Shown here: piece by piece, positions 10,877 to 21,094 of the stretch
Layout: every line of letters begins with the position of its first letter
How positions within the stretch are numbered: the first letter of the stretch is position 1
IMG/VR virus record: IMGVR_UViG_3300044617_001342
Location: 1-52,749 of that record
Direction: 5' to 3' (one strand)
DNA from: a virus
Lineage: Duplodnaviria > Caudoviricetes
DNA length: 52,749 nucleotides
The notes under the pieces: model-generated
Seen by the model: only the letters and a program-made list of their open reading frames with translations
What the model was told of the DNA's origin: nothing
Databases searched by the model: none
Position numbers and translations under genes: made by a program

Positions 10877-11093
10877 TGAAAACCCAATAATAAAATTTTC
10901 TAATGATGAAGTTAGCAAAATAATGTTGGCCAAGTATGATACTGAATCATTAGAAGATAGACTAGATGTTGTTGCTATGTCGCAAATGTTTTCTTTTTGG
11001 TTGCATGTCCAAGAAGTTTTACTAGATGCTTCGGCAGAAATTAAAAAACTTAAACAACAAATTAAAGAATTGGAAGAAAAAAATGGCAAGTAA
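10854..11093 (+). CDS. Hypothetical protein
   Basis: Packed in operon, GTG start after AAAGG. Confidence 0.5.
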   Translation: MENQKFADENPIIKFSNDEVSKIMLAKYDTESLEDRLDVVAMSQMFSFWLHVQEVLLDASAEIKKLKQQIKELEEKNGK

Positions 11094-11442
11094 AAAGAAG
11101 AAGATGCCTAAGTTGCTTAGATATCGTCGTCTATATGATGTCCTCACAGAATCTGAAACAGATTTTAAGAGTCGCATTACTGGGATGCCCGTATATCTTT
11201 TATTGAGTGAACATAGGTTGATTAGTGAGCAATATGGTGTAGAATCATTTAAGGTTAATGATCAGTTGACAGACAGAGTATCTAAAATTTATGATAGACT
11301 GTCTCTTGTTCAAAAAGAAATCATGCAGACCTTTCATAACATGAATGATCAGTTGATGATATCCGATTATTATGCTGATCAAGCATACACAAAGAAAGAA
11401 AAGGAAAAGAATGTCGAAGTATCTACAAAATCTACTAAGTAA
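11083..11442 (+). CDS. Hypothetical protein
   Basis: ATG 11083 (MASKKKK) overlapping upstream stop. Confidence 0.55.
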   Translation: MASKKKKMPKLLRYRRLYDVLTESETDFKSRITGMPVYLLLSEHRLISEQYGVESFKVNDQLTDRVSKIYDRLSLVQKEIMQTFHNMNDQLMISDYYADQAYTKKEKEKNVEVSTKSTK

Positions 11443-12439
11443 AATTAACAACCCCGATGCATCAATTGTTGCCGATGGCATTGATGGTGCAGACGTAACT
11501 GGGTTCATTGACACGGGCTCATATGTATTGAATGCCCTACTGTCTGGATCTATATATGGTGGGCTTCCAAATAACAAGATTTCTTGTCTGGCTGGAGATC
11601 CCGCAACTGGAAAGACTTTTTATGCAATTGGAATGGCTACGCAGTTCCTTAAAGACCACAAAGACGGGCTTGTCATGTACTTTGACACGGAGCAAGCAGT
11701 CACTTCAGACATGTTTGAATCCAGAGGGATTGACACCAAAAGAATTGCGGTTGTTCCTGTTGCAACAATCGAAGAATTCAGGACACAGGCTCTCCAGATC
11801 GTCAATGAAGTTAATGAGACACCTGAAGAGGAACGCAAGCCAATCTTTATGGTTCTTGATTCTCTGGGAATGTTATCGACAAAGAAGGAAATGAGCGACA
11901 CTGCTGAAGGCAAGGATGTTCGTGACATGACCAAGGCTCAGGTCACCAAGGGTGCTTTCCGTGTTCTTACAATTAAGCTTGGTAAGGCCAAGATTCCTCT
12001 TCTTCTTACCAACCACACTTATCAAGTAATTGGTTCTTATGTTCCTACCAAGGATCTCAGCGGTGGCGTTGGCCTGAAGTATGCAGCCAGTAACATCATC
12101 ATGCTTTCTAAGAGCAAGGATAAGACAGACGAAGGCGTAGTTGGAAACTTTATTAAGTGCACAAATTACAAAAATCGTTTTGTTAAAGAGAACATGCACG
12201 TTGAGACACGCTTAAACTATACTTCAGGTCTCAGCCGTTATTATGGCTTGACTGAATTTGCAATCAAGTATGGTATCTTCAAGAAGGTATCCACTCGCGT
12301 AGAACTTCCCGATGGCAGCAAGGTCTTTGAAAAAAATATTGATGAAGAGCCTGAGAAGTACTTCACCAAGGATATTCTAGATAAGTTGGACGCACAGATT
12401 CAAAAGGAATTCAAGTATGGAAAAGGCTCCGAAGTATAA
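11411..12439 (+). CDS. uvsX: RecA-like recombinase UvsX
   Basis: DTGSYVLNALLSG, Walker A GDPATGKT, YFDTE, VLDSLGML, GGVGLKYAAS. Confidence 0.95.
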   Translation: MSKYLQNLLSKINNPDASIVADGIDGADVTGFIDTGSYVLNALLSGSIYGGLPNNKISCLAGDPATGKTFYAIGMATQFLKDHKDGLVMYFDTEQAVTSDMFESRGIDTKRIAVVPVATIEEFRTQALQIVNEVNETPEEERKPIFMVLDSLGMLSTKKEMSDTAEGKDVRDMTKAQVTKGAFRVLTIKLGKAKIPLLLTNHTYQVIGSYVPTKDLSGGVGLKYAASNIIMLSKSKDKTDEGVVGNFIKCTNYKNRFVKENMHVETRLNYTSGLSRYYGLTEFAIKYGIFKKVSTRVELPDGSKVFEKNIDEEPEKYFTKDILDKLDAQIQKEFKYGKGSEV

Positions 12440-12740
12440 ATTTTTATCAGAAGTATCCACTGATGTTTCACAGACTTGTCCGATTTTAATTATTGAAGGA
12501 AAGTTTGAAGGAATTGTTTATCGATATGGACAAATTTCTTTTAAAGAAACTGATGATGGTGATTTGAATGTTATGATGGATATTGAAATGATTACAGCAC
12601 CTGAAGGTTTCAATCAGCAAGATAAAGATTTTACAGATGTTGCTGGTGAAATATTTGTTAATATTGTAGAGAATCAAGTAGAGTCGGAACCGAGCGATCT
12701 TGAAGCCGATGTTCATGAAGATTCTCTGGACAAACCCTAA
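12417..12740 (+). CDS. gp40: Head vertex assembly chaperone gp40-like
   Basis: IIEGKFEGIVYRYGQISF motif; T4 synteny uvsX-40-41. Confidence 0.7.
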   Translation: MEKAPKYKFLSEVSTDVSQTCPILIIEGKFEGIVYRYGQISFKETDDGDLNVMMDIEMITAPEGFNQQDKDFTDVAGEIFVNIVENQVESEPSDLEADVHEDSLDKP

Positions 12741-12754
12741 ATCAGTGATATACT
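12727..12754 (+). promoter_or_regulatory. sigma70-like promoter TGGACA-16-TATACT, leaderless
   Basis: ATG 12761 is 6 nt after -10. Confidence 0.7.
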
Positions 12755-12760
12755 AAAAAC

Positions 12761-14179
12761 ATGGAAACAGTTATTCTAAAGAACTTGGTCCTCAATGAGG
12801 ACTATGCTCGCAAAGTTGTTCCGTTCCTTCAGGATGAATACTTTCACGACAAGGCCGAGAAAACGGTCTTTAATATCGTAAGCAAGTTCATTCTAAAGTA
12901 CAACAACATTCCAACCAAGGATGCTATTCTCATCTCTCTAGGAGATGAGAAGGGCCTTGGAGAAATGGAATTCAAGAAGTGCTCGTCTATTGCAGACGAA
13001 ATGTACAAGGAAGGTGAGAAGTCAGACACTAACTGGCTTGTGGAGAACACCGAAAAGTTCTGCAAAGAAAAGGCCATCTACAATGGTATCATGGCCTCCA
13101 TCGGTATCATTGAAGGTAAAGATAAGGAGCAAACCCAAAATGCAATTCCTGAGATTATGTCTAAAGCCCTTTCAGTATCCTTTGATACAAGAGTTGGGCA
13201 TGATTTCCTTGAAGATGTGGATGAGCGGTATGAATATTATCACCGCGTCGAAGAGAGAACTCCATTCGATCTGGAAATGTTTAATGTCATTACCAGAGGT
13301 GGTGTACGCAAGAAGACGCTGAACGTTGTCATGGCAGCATCTGGTGTTGGTAAGAGTGCATTCCTCTGCCATCATGCAGCAGCCTGCCTATCTCAAAACA
13401 TGAATGTTCTGTACATCACGCTTGAGATGGCTGAAGAGGAAATCGCCAAGCGAATTGATGCCAATCTTTTAGATACAGACATGCATGTTCTTGAGCAGAT
13501 GCCTCTTAAGCAGTACGAGAGCAAGGTTGATAATCTTAAGCGCACTTGCCGGGGTAAGCTTATCATCAAGGAATATCCTACTGCTGCTGCAAACGTGACT
13601 CACTTCAGAGTTCTCATGGAAGAACTGAAGATCAAGAAAAAGTTTGTGCCTGATGTTATCTTTGTAGATTATCTGAACATCTGCTCCTGTGCTCGTTTCA
13701 AGATGGGCAACGGAATGAATAGTTACACTTACGTCAAGGGCATTGCAGAAGAACTTCGTGGTATCGCCAAGCAGTTCAATGTTCCTCTCTGGACGGCTAC
13801 TCAAGTCAATCGTGAAGGTGCGAAGAGCAGCGACATGGAGATGACAGATACCTCGGAAAGCTTTGGTCTGCCTCAGACTGCAGACTTCTTCTTTGCTCTG
13901 ATTGAGAATGAAGAACTCGCTGAAGCCGGCCAACTGGTTGTCAAGCAACTAAAAAACCGTGGTAATGATACCACAAAGAATCGTAAGTTCCTAGTTGGCG
14001 TAAACAAATCCAAGATGAAATTTTATGATGTTGACAACTCCAGCAATAATCTTGTTGAAGCCAACAACACAGGTGAAGAAGGATTTGGTTCGGGTTCAGA
14101 TCCGATTACGTTTGATCCAAAATTTGGTAAGAAGAAGAACAAGGCAGTCAACTGGACTTTTGAAGACGCTGCAAAATGA
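12761..14179 (+). CDS. gp41: DnaB-like replicative helicase gp41
   Basis: AASGVGKS, YITLEMAEE, LIIKEYPT, VDYLNI, TATQVNR, SESFGLP, KQLKNR. Confidence 0.96.
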   Translation: METVILKNLVLNEDYARKVVPFLQDEYFHDKAEKTVFNIVSKFILKYNNIPTKDAILISLGDEKGLGEMEFKKCSSIADEMYKEGEKSDTNWLVENTEKFCKEKAIYNGIMASIGIIEGKDKEQTQNAIPEIMSKALSVSFDTRVGHDFLEDVDERYEYYHRVEERTPFDLEMFNVITRGGVRKKTLNVVMAASGVGKSAFLCHHAAACLSQNMNVLYITLEMAEEEIAKRIDANLLDTDMHVLEQMPLKQYESKVDNLKRTCRGKLIIKEYPTAAANVTHFRVLMEELKIKKKFVPDVIFVDYLNICSCARFKMGNGMNSYTYVKGIAEELRGIAKQFNVPLWTATQVNREGAKSSDMEMTDTSESFGLPQTADFFFALIENEELAEAGQLVVKQLKNRGNDTTKNRKFLVGVNKSKMKFYDVDNSSNNLVEANNTGEEGFGSGSDPITFDPKFGKKKNKAVNWTFEDAAK

Positions 14180-15162
14180 GCATATATATTGATAAGAAAT
14201 ATGTGAACATGGTTTCTGGAGCCCTTCAGAAGTTTAAGTGGAAGAAAGACAACCTAGCCACATGCAGATGTTTCGCATGTGGTGACTCAAAGAAAAATAG
14301 ATCCAAGACAAGGGGATATTTCTTTGAGAACAAGGGAAAATATGTTTACAAATGTCACAATTGCGGTATTGCTTGTAATTTATATTCTGTTCTTGAAAGT
14401 GTCAGCCCATCTCTCTGCAAGGAGTATGCGTTTGAAAACTTCAAAGACAAAAATCCAGAGCCGATTGAACGAGAGGAAACAGTTGTGCGTCAGCCTATGT
14501 TCACGAATCTCGGAACCCGGCTCGACTTGCTCGACCCAACTCATAAGGCAGTAAAATATGTTAAATCTAGAGAAATTCCTGAAGAAAAGTATTGCAATTT
14601 TTATTACTGCTCTGATTTCAGTCGGATCATGGCGGATTTTGACCGTGAAGGAACCAAGGAAGACAGACTCGTCATACCGTTCTATGACGAGGATGGGTCA
14701 CTACTTGGCGTACAGGGGAGATCCTTTGAAGAAAAGAAAGACTCCATTCGATACATCACGCTCAAGAAAGACGGCGAAGAACGGCTTTGGTACAACCTAG
14801 ATAAAGTAGACCCTCGGGAAACTGTATATGTTACTGAGGGTCCGATTGACTCCATGTTCATTCCCAATGGAGTGGCAATGCAAGGTGCTGGCTGGCTTGA
14901 TACGATGCCTGCAAAGATTGCAAAGTCAAAGATTGTGTTTGTGTTTGACAACGAGCCTAGAAACTTTGAGATTGTCAACCTGATTGGTAGATATATTGAC
15001 GCCGGACGAAATGTAGTAATCTGGCCAGATGAAATAGAAAAGAAAGATGTCAATGACATGGTAAAGGTTTATGGAACAAATCTTACCATGAAGCTGATTA
15101 TCAACAATGTTTATTCTGGACTAAAAGCCAAAATGAAGTATACTTACTGGAAGAAGGTTTAA
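14176..15162 (+). CDS. gp61: DNA primase gp61
   Basis: Zn finger CFACGDS..CHNC; TOPRIM VTEGPIDS, FDNEPRN, KDVND. Confidence 0.96.
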   Translation: MSIYIDKKYVNMVSGALQKFKWKKDNLATCRCFACGDSKKNRSKTRGYFFENKGKYVYKCHNCGIACNLYSVLESVSPSLCKEYAFENFKDKNPEPIEREETVVRQPMFTNLGTRLDLLDPTHKAVKYVKSREIPEEKYCNFYYCSDFSRIMADFDREGTKEDRLVIPFYDEDGSLLGVQGRSFEEKKDSIRYITLKKDGEERLWYNLDKVDPRETVYVTEGPIDSMFIPNGVAMQGAGWLDTMPAKIAKSKIVFVFDNEPRNFEIVNLIGRYIDAGRNVVIWPDEIEKKDVNDMVKVYGTNLTMKLIINNVYSGLKAKMKYTYWKKV

Positions 15163-15163
15163 A

Positions 15164-15391
15164 ATGGATGATAACGAAGACATGACAGAAGAAGATATCT
15201 TAAAGGCTAGTGAAGCCTATCTTACTTTTGTGCAGCGATTCGGTGAATACGTAAAAGAGATGGACCCAGGTCTGTGGTCCCGAGCACGAGAATACGCTGC
15301 GGACTTCACAAAGATTGATGGTGTGAGAGTTGAACTTGTAGATGAGGATGAAGATGACCGAGATACAGAACATAAAAATGGAGCAGACTAA
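15164..15391 (+). CDS. Hypothetical acidic protein
   Basis: Packed ORF with AAGG upstream. Confidence 0.6.
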   Translation: MDDNEDMTEEDILKASEAYLTFVQRFGEYVKEMDPGLWSRAREYAADFTKIDGVRVELVDEDEDDRDTEHKNGAD

Positions 15392-16088
15392 GTACTTTGT
15401 CCTAGATCACGGACACGTTGATCTAGTGGACTATATGGGCTCTGATCTGAGTGTTGTTAATGCTGCAAGAGTTTCTTTCAATAAAGAAAGTTCTTGGCAG
15501 AGCGATCCTAATTGGACAGGCTTCAATAAAAAAGAACTGTCTGAGAGAGACGCAAAGCTTATTCGTTATCTTGCAAAGCACAATCACTTCACTCCATTCT
15601 GCCATGCACAAATTAGTTTGCGCATCAAGTGCCCAATCTTTGTTCGTGCACAACTTGGCAAGCATCAGATTGGTCTTGTGATGAATGAGGTCAGTCGTAG
15701 GTATGTCACCTATGAGCCTGAGATCTATACTCCACTGTGGAGAAGTTCTCCTACTGATGGAGCAAAGCAAGGCAGCAGTGGTCCAATCGAAGATATGGAT
15801 ACATGCATCAAACTTCGTCAGGAGTATGATGGCGTTGCAAAAGAATGTTTGGATCTTTACAATAAACTTTTGGCCGATGGTGTTGCTCCTGAACAGGCGC
15901 GTTCAATATTGCCACAAGGAACTTATACGGAATTTGTGTGGACTGGTTCTCTCTATGCATTTGCCCGCGTTTATAACTTGAGAATCGATGCACATGCCCA
16001 ATGGGAAATTCAAGAATACGCAAAAGCAATTGATAAATTAATTGCTCCTATTTTCCCGGTTTCGTGGCAAACTCTAACAACTAAATAA
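15378..16088 (+). CDS. thyX: Flavin-dependent thymidylate synthase
   Basis: GSDLSVVNAARVSF, HFTPF, PIFVRAQLGKHQ..NEVSRRY, APEQARSILP, HAQWEI. Confidence 0.95.
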   Translation: MEQTKYFVLDHGHVDLVDYMGSDLSVVNAARVSFNKESSWQSDPNWTGFNKKELSERDAKLIRYLAKHNHFTPFCHAQISLRIKCPIFVRAQLGKHQIGLVMNEVSRRYVTYEPEIYTPLWRSSPTDGAKQGSSGPIEDMDTCIKLRQEYDGVAKECLDLYNKLLADGVAPEQARSILPQGTYTEFVWTGSLYAFARVYNLRIDAHAQWEIQEYAKAIDKLIAPIFPVSWQTLTTK

Positions 16089-16111
16089 GACACCCACTTA
16101 AGGATTTAACT

Positions 16112-18001
16112 ATGGCCGAAATTTTATCACCATTTCAATCGTTTATTTTCATCTCTCGCTACTCTCGCTGGCTCAACGACCAAAATCGTCGTGAGACTTG
16201 GGATGAATGTGTAGACCGTTGGTGGAAATACTTTACTGGTAAAGTTCCGCAACTCGCAGAACGCCCGGATGTCAAAGAAGCAATTCTCAATCTAGAAGTT
16301 CTTCCTTCCATGCGCAGCCTGATGACTGCTGGTCCTGCATTGGATCACGACAACACTTGCTTATACAACTGCTCATACTTGCCAATCGATAGTCTTGATT
16401 CGTTCGCAGAACTTTTTGTTGTTCTTATGAATGGCACTGGTGTTGGATATTCAGTTGAACATCAATATACCGACAAGCTTCCACAAGTTGCTAACAAGAT
16501 TGAAAAGTCTTTCAACATAACTTATGTTGTTGAGGACTCCAAGGAAGGTTGGGGCAACGCAATCAAGTTCATTATGGATCACCTCTATGCGGGTCGTCAC
16601 GTTAAATGGGATTTAAGCAAGATTCGTCCTGCTGGAGCAAGACTCAAGACCTTTGGTGGTCGTGCTAGTGGGCCTGCTCCTCTAGACAATCTATTCAAGT
16701 TTGTCGTTAAGATTTTCTACAATGCACAAGGACGCAGACTAACTGCTCTTGAATGCCATGATGTTTGCTGTGCTATTGCAAATGCCGTCATCGTTGGTGG
16801 CGTTCGTCGCTCTGCTATGATCTCCTTGAGCGATCTTGCTGATCGTGAGATGGCACTCTGCAAGAGTGGTGCATGGTGGGAGCAGGCTGGCTTCCGTTCA
16901 TATGCCAACAACTCTGCTGTTTATCGTGGCCGTCCTCCAATGGGTCAATTCCTTGAAGAATGGACCTCACTCTACAACAGTCACAGCGGTGAACGTGGAA
17001 TGATCAATCGCAAGGCACTACAGGAACAGGCTGCTAAGTCTGGCCGTGATCCAGACTGCGAGTATGGTACAAACCCATGCTCAGAGATCATTCTCAAGCC
17101 ATTTGAATTCTGCAATCTTTCTACAGTCGTAGTTCGTCAAGACGATACTGCTGCAACACTGAAGAAGAAGATTGAGATCGCTACAATCATTGGTACTGTT
17201 CAATCTACCTTTACCAACTTCCCATATCTTCGTCCAGAGTGGAAGAAGAATTGTGAAGAGGAAAGACTGCTTGGCGTATCTATGACAGGTATTTTTGACA
17301 ACAAGCTTACCAGTGGTTTGGAAGGCAAGCCAAAGCTTGTTCGTCTTCTTGAGACTCTTCGTGATCATGCGACCGCGACCAATCTCAAGTGGGCAGAGAA
17401 GTTGGGAATCAATCCTAGCAAGTCAGTTACTTGCGTGAAGCCTGAAGGCACTACATCGTGTTTGGTGGACTCTGCCTCGGGTCTGCATCCTCGCTATGCG
17501 GATTATTATTACCGCAGAATTCGTCTGGACAAGAAAGATCCTCTGTACAATTTAATGAAGGATCAAGGCGTCCCGTGTGAGGATGATGTCATCAACCCAA
17601 CTTCTACTGCCGTCTTTACGTTTGCTATGAAGGCTCCAAAGGGAACTATGACCACTGAGGAACTTCGTGCACTTGACCATCTTGATCTGTGGAAAACTTA
17701 TCAAGAGCACTTCTGCCATCACAAGCCATCAATCACCGTCAACTACAAGGACTCTGAATTCCTTGAAGTCGGTAACTGGCTCTGGGAAAACTTCGATGTC
17801 GCAACAGGCATCTCGTTCCTTCCCGGTGGTGACAGTCATACCTATGCTCAGGCACCCTTTGAGCAGATTGATTCTGCAACCTATTCAGCACATCCTAAGG
17901 TTAAAGTTAACTTTAAGGACTTGTCTAAATACGAGGCAGAAGACAATACCGAATCTGCAAAAGAATATGCTTGTAGTGCAGGCGGATGTCAGATAGTCTG
18001 A
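16112..18001 (+). CDS. nrdJ: Class II (B12-dependent) ribonucleotide reductase
   Basis: PSMR, YNCS, LKTFGGRASGP, VGGVRRSA, TNPCSE, FCNL, VKPEGT, C-terminal CSAGGC; no beta subunit adjacent. Confidence 0.93.
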   Translation: MAEILSPFQSFIFISRYSRWLNDQNRRETWDECVDRWWKYFTGKVPQLAERPDVKEAILNLEVLPSMRSLMTAGPALDHDNTCLYNCSYLPIDSLDSFAELFVVLMNGTGVGYSVEHQYTDKLPQVANKIEKSFNITYVVEDSKEGWGNAIKFIMDHLYAGRHVKWDLSKIRPAGARLKTFGGRASGPAPLDNLFKFVVKIFYNAQGRRLTALECHDVCCAIANAVIVGGVRRSAMISLSDLADREMALCKSGAWWEQAGFRSYANNSAVYRGRPPMGQFLEEWTSLYNSHSGERGMINRKALQEQAAKSGRDPDCEYGTNPCSEIILKPFEFCNLSTVVVRQDDTAATLKKKIEIATIIGTVQSTFTNFPYLRPEWKKNCEEERLLGVSMTGIFDNKLTSGLEGKPKLVRLLETLRDHATATNLKWAEKLGINPSKSVTCVKPEGTTSCLVDSASGLHPRYADYYYRRIRLDKKDPLYNLMKDQGVPCEDDVINPTSTAVFTFAMKAPKGTMTTEELRALDHLDLWKTYQEHFCHHKPSITVNYKDSEFLEVGNWLWENFDVATGISFLPGGDSHTYAQAPFEQIDSATYSAHPKVKVNFKDLSKYEAEDNTESAKEYACSAGGCQIV

Positions 18002-18008
18002 TTCACTT

Positions 18009-18081
18009 TCCTCTGTAGCTCAGCTGGTAGAGCAGAGAGCTGTTAACTCTCGGGTCACTGGTTCAAATCCAGTCGGAGGAG
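18009..18081 (+). tRNA. trnN: tRNA-Asn(GTT), CCA not encoded
   Basis: TCCTCTG/CGGAGGA acceptor, GAGAG-CTGTTAA-CTCTC anticodon arm, GGTTCAAATCC T arm. Confidence 0.95.
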
Positions 18082-18087
18082 CATAAA

Positions 18088-18117
18088 ATAACCCCTAGGA
18101 GCAATCCTGGGGGTTAT
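18088..18117. terminator. Hairpin after tRNA-Asn, overlapping late promoter TATAAATA (18115-18122)
   Basis: ATAACCCCTAGGA-GCAA-TCCTGGGGGTTAT. Confidence 0.7.
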
Positions 18118-18127
18118 AAATATTGGT

Positions 18128-18991
18128 ATGCTATCATTTAAACAATATTTAATTCTAGAAAACGATGCTAAAACAGGTTCCTTTAACATGGGTCAATGGT
18201 CTAAAAATTATAAAGATGAGGTTGATAGAATTTATAAAGAATTATATCAAAAACATAAAAATGACATCGATCCACATATTTTACGTACCTCTTTTGGGGG
18301 AAACATGGAAGAATATATACGAACTAAATTTATGAATCCAGAAGAAAGGGAAATGGCTACACGGGCATCAAGTTATTACTATAGTCCATTGGATATAGAT
18401 GACCCGAAATATAATGATAGTCTTGTTAAACTAAGAAAGGATCCGGCTCCTCCAGATACTTTTAACAGACAATTATATACATCCCGAGAACCTGTTGATG
18501 TAATATTCGGTAAAACTCCAAATGAAAAACCTGTAATAGATTATACAAAACCTGTATTGGATCAAGATTTGTCTACGACATATCCTGCGCCCGGTGAAAT
18601 AGAACCAAGTACATCATCAATACAACAAAAAAATCTAAAAGGTGATCCAAATATAATAACAAACCCACCACAATCGGATGCATCTAGATGGCAGGCACGT
18701 CTAAGTATAGGCAAAGGCGTTGGAAAAGCTGTTCTAAAAGCTCTACCAGTCATCGGAACCGCAGCTTCTGTAGCAGCCATGACACAAAGAGCCCAAGCAG
18801 GAGATTATGTGGGAGCTGGATTGGAGGCAGCATCTGAACTAGCAGATTATATTCCGGGTGTTGGTACAGCTGCTTCTATGGGAATTCAAACATATCTTGC
18901 TGATAGAGATACACCAGAAGAAGAAAAGAAAAAACAAAAAAGTACTATGGCAAGACAAAATCTTAGAAGTCTTGGTCAGGGTATTCAATAA
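18128..18991 (+). CDS. Putative internal head protein (CTS-like leader; pre-toxin-like C-terminal motif)
   Basis: MLSFKQYLILE leader; late promoter; LPVIGTA..AGDYVGAGLEAA..IPGVGTA. Confidence 0.6.
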   Translation: MLSFKQYLILENDAKTGSFNMGQWSKNYKDEVDRIYKELYQKHKNDIDPHILRTSFGGNMEEYIRTKFMNPEEREMATRASSYYYSPLDIDDPKYNDSLVKLRKDPAPPDTFNRQLYTSREPVDVIFGKTPNEKPVIDYTKPVLDQDLSTTYPAPGEIEPSTSSIQQKNLKGDPNIITNPPQSDASRWQARLSIGKGVGKAVLKALPVIGTAASVAAMTQRAQAGDYVGAGLEAASELADYIPGVGTAASMGIQTYLADRDTPEEEKKKQKSTMARQNLRSLGQGIQ

Positions 18992-18998
18992 TAAAATA

Positions 18999-19029
18999 AA
19001 AAATTCCACCTCACAAGGGTGGAATTTTT
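18999..19029 (+). terminator. Intrinsic terminator
   Basis: AAAAATTCCACC-TCACAAG-GGTGGAATTTTT. Confidence 0.75.
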
Positions 19030-19043
19030 ACATAAATATTTTA

Positions 19044-19129
19044 GGCAGAGGTGGTGGGTATTCCACGCAGTCCTTTTGGAATGGTCGAAGTATATTTCAT
19101 CAGACTGCTAAGGAACCACCACTTCTGCC
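19044..19129 (+). ncRNA. Candidate late rod-shaped small RNA of unknown family
   Basis: Own CATAAATA at 19031-19038; nested helices GGCAGAGGTGGTGG/CCACCACTTCTGCC, TTCC/GGAA, GCAGTC/GACTGC, TGGAAT/ATTTCA. Confidence 0.65.
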
Positions 19130-19154
19130 CAAGGTATAAATATATAGTAATTAT

Positions 19155-19889
19155 ATGACAATAAATGAAAACAATTTTATTGATAGGTTTACTCCAAAAA
19201 CACCTAAACAAGTGCAAAAAGAAATTTCTTTAAAAGAGAGAAAACAAAAGCAATTAGAGCAGCTTAATTATCTTGAAGCAATGAAGCCTCTTACTCTCTT
19301 AAAAGAAGATTTGAAAAATGCAACAGATAGATTTTTTAATCTTCATCCCGAAACTCAATTTAAGAAAACTGTAGAACTAGATCAACCTATAGAAAAAAAA
19401 GCTCTATTAGAACAATTGCAGGTAGCAGACCCACTTGTTGTAATAGATGGCAAAATTACAATCGATCCTTCTAAACTAGAAGAGATGATAACATCTCAAG
19501 CAGCTGTTTTGGCACAAAAGGCTTTTGAAAAATTTAACAGTGCAAACATGGCAAATAGTAATATTGGTGGAGGTGGTGGTGTTGGGATCAAACTTAAAGA
19601 TTATCAAGGAAATATTACATCAGTTTTAAAGTCTGTTAATGATTTAATAATCACGGGCGATGGTGTTACGGTGACTCAAAGAGGCAAAAATGTTGAAATA
19701 AACATTCCAGGAGTATCTGTTCAGGCTGGAGATCCAACTATTGATTTTGCAAGAGAATCTACTGCTTTGAGTATTATGCAATCACTGTATACAATTAATC
19801 AAACAGTAGATAGTTTGGAACAATTGACTCTACCATCTGAATATTCCGAAGGTATTGGTGGAAGCACAGGAAGCTGGACTGCAATATAA
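19155..19889 (+). CDS. Hypothetical late (structural?) protein
   Basis: TATAAATA 19135-19142; GGGGGVG linker then beta-rich segment. Confidence 0.6.
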   Translation: MTINENNFIDRFTPKTPKQVQKEISLKERKQKQLEQLNYLEAMKPLTLLKEDLKNATDRFFNLHPETQFKKTVELDQPIEKKALLEQLQVADPLVVIDGKITIDPSKLEEMITSQAAVLAQKAFEKFNSANMANSNIGGGGGVGIKLKDYQGNITSVLKSVNDLIITGDGVTVTQRGKNVEINIPGVSVQAGDPTIDFARESTALSIMQSLYTINQTVDSLEQLTLPSEYSEGIGGSTGSWTAI

Positions 19890-21094
19890 TGTATTATAAA
19901 AATTATGATCCAAATATTCATGATGTTTATTTATATGGTCCCGGAAACATTGGTTATCCAATAGGAATCAATCCAACAAGTTTAATAGCAGGTGCGTCAG
20001 CAGATTTTGCATCTATATCACCACGATATAGAGCTTTTACTGGAACTGGACCTATTCCAATTCCTCCTGGTACTGGAGTTACTGGTTTACCAAATTATTA
20101 TAATATAAAAGACAATCCATTATATCTTGTTTTTGGAGATAAAACATTATCTTCAAATATTCATTATATAATAAATAAAGCATCTGACAGTTTTACAACT
20201 TTAGCAAAGTATACAGGAACTACAACGGCATATCCTGCATTATCTGTGGCCCTATGGAATAAAAATTTATCTGGATTTTGTTATTTTGGACCTTTTACTG
20301 GATTTTATAATTGTGTTCCATTAAATCAAATTTCTGGTAATACATCTTATATGCCTCCAATTTATTTTCAAGGTTCTCCAGAAATTCCTGGCTTTGGATT
20401 GGGTGCAACTTTTTATCAAGTCTTACCAAATGACAATGGAATTATGGATTTAATGGGAGCTGGTCTTGGCATAACAATGAATCAGCCTGTAGCAAAAAAA
20501 ATTCATCCATCGGTTTATATAAAAGAAATAATTGATCAAGGAATAACTCCAACAATTACGCCTGTATCGAATAACCCATCAGCGTTTACAGTAAGAGTAC
20601 CGGGTATAAATTTATATATTTGGGATGGAAATGATAAAATTATACCAATATCAGCATTTGAAGTTGGTTATTCATATCAAACAATTAATAATTTTAACTA
20701 TATGAGCCCATTTGCTTTTTATGCTGTATTTCCAAATAATAATCTAAATAACTTAGATTATGCTATATGGGTAGGTGATTCTTCTTCTCAAATAATTTAT
20801 AAAAAAAATAATTCTTTATTTTTTTTAGGAAGTGTTTATGGTTTACTTACACTGCCGATTATACAAGAGAATTTAGAAGAATTATTAGGAGTTGGATCTC
20901 TATATTGTACCGAAGCTATGCCGTTATACACATTTTTAAAAAATAGTTTTATAGATAAAAATCATTTTTGGTATCCATTAAATCAAGGATTCACATTAAG
21001 TACACAAATTGATTTTGATCGAATTGAGACCGATATAAATAATCTTAATTCTTCAGTAAATTTTAAATATCAAGAATGGAATAATAATATATGA
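19889..21094 (+). CDS. Hypothetical AT-rich protein
   Basis: 401-aa ORF coupled by TAATG; contains GDSSS. Confidence 0.6.
   Translation: MYYKNYDPNIHDVYLYGPGNIGYPIGINPTSLIAGASADFASISPRYRAFTGTGPIPIPPGTGVTGLPNYYNIKDNPLYLVFGDKTLSSNIHYIINKASDSFTTLAKYTGTTTAYPALSVALWNKNLSGFCYFGPFTGFYNCVPLNQISGNTSYMPPIYFQGSPEIPGFGLGATFYQVLPNDNGIMDLMGAGLGITMNQPVAKKIHPSVYIKEIIDQGITPTITPVSNNPSAFTVRVPGINLYIWDGNDKIIPISAFEVGYSYQTINNFNYMSPFAFYAVFPNNNLNNLDYAIWVGDSSSQIIYKKNNSLFFLGSVYGLLTLPIIQENLEELLGVGSLYCTEAMPLYTFLKNSFIDKNHFWYPLNQGFTLSTQIDFDRIETDINNLNSSVNFKYQEWNNNI

Noticed and set aside
8593-17996. Numerous short antisense or out-of-frame ORFs over replication genes
   Set aside because: Shadows of well-supported genes with no independent signals
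7815-18001. Inteins or introns in gp43, gp41 or nrdJ
   Set aside because: Uninterrupted ORFs of normal length with no intein motifs
19044-19129. SRP or 6S RNA
   Set aside because: No GNRA-capped SRP helix 8 motif; about half the 6S length with no large central bubble
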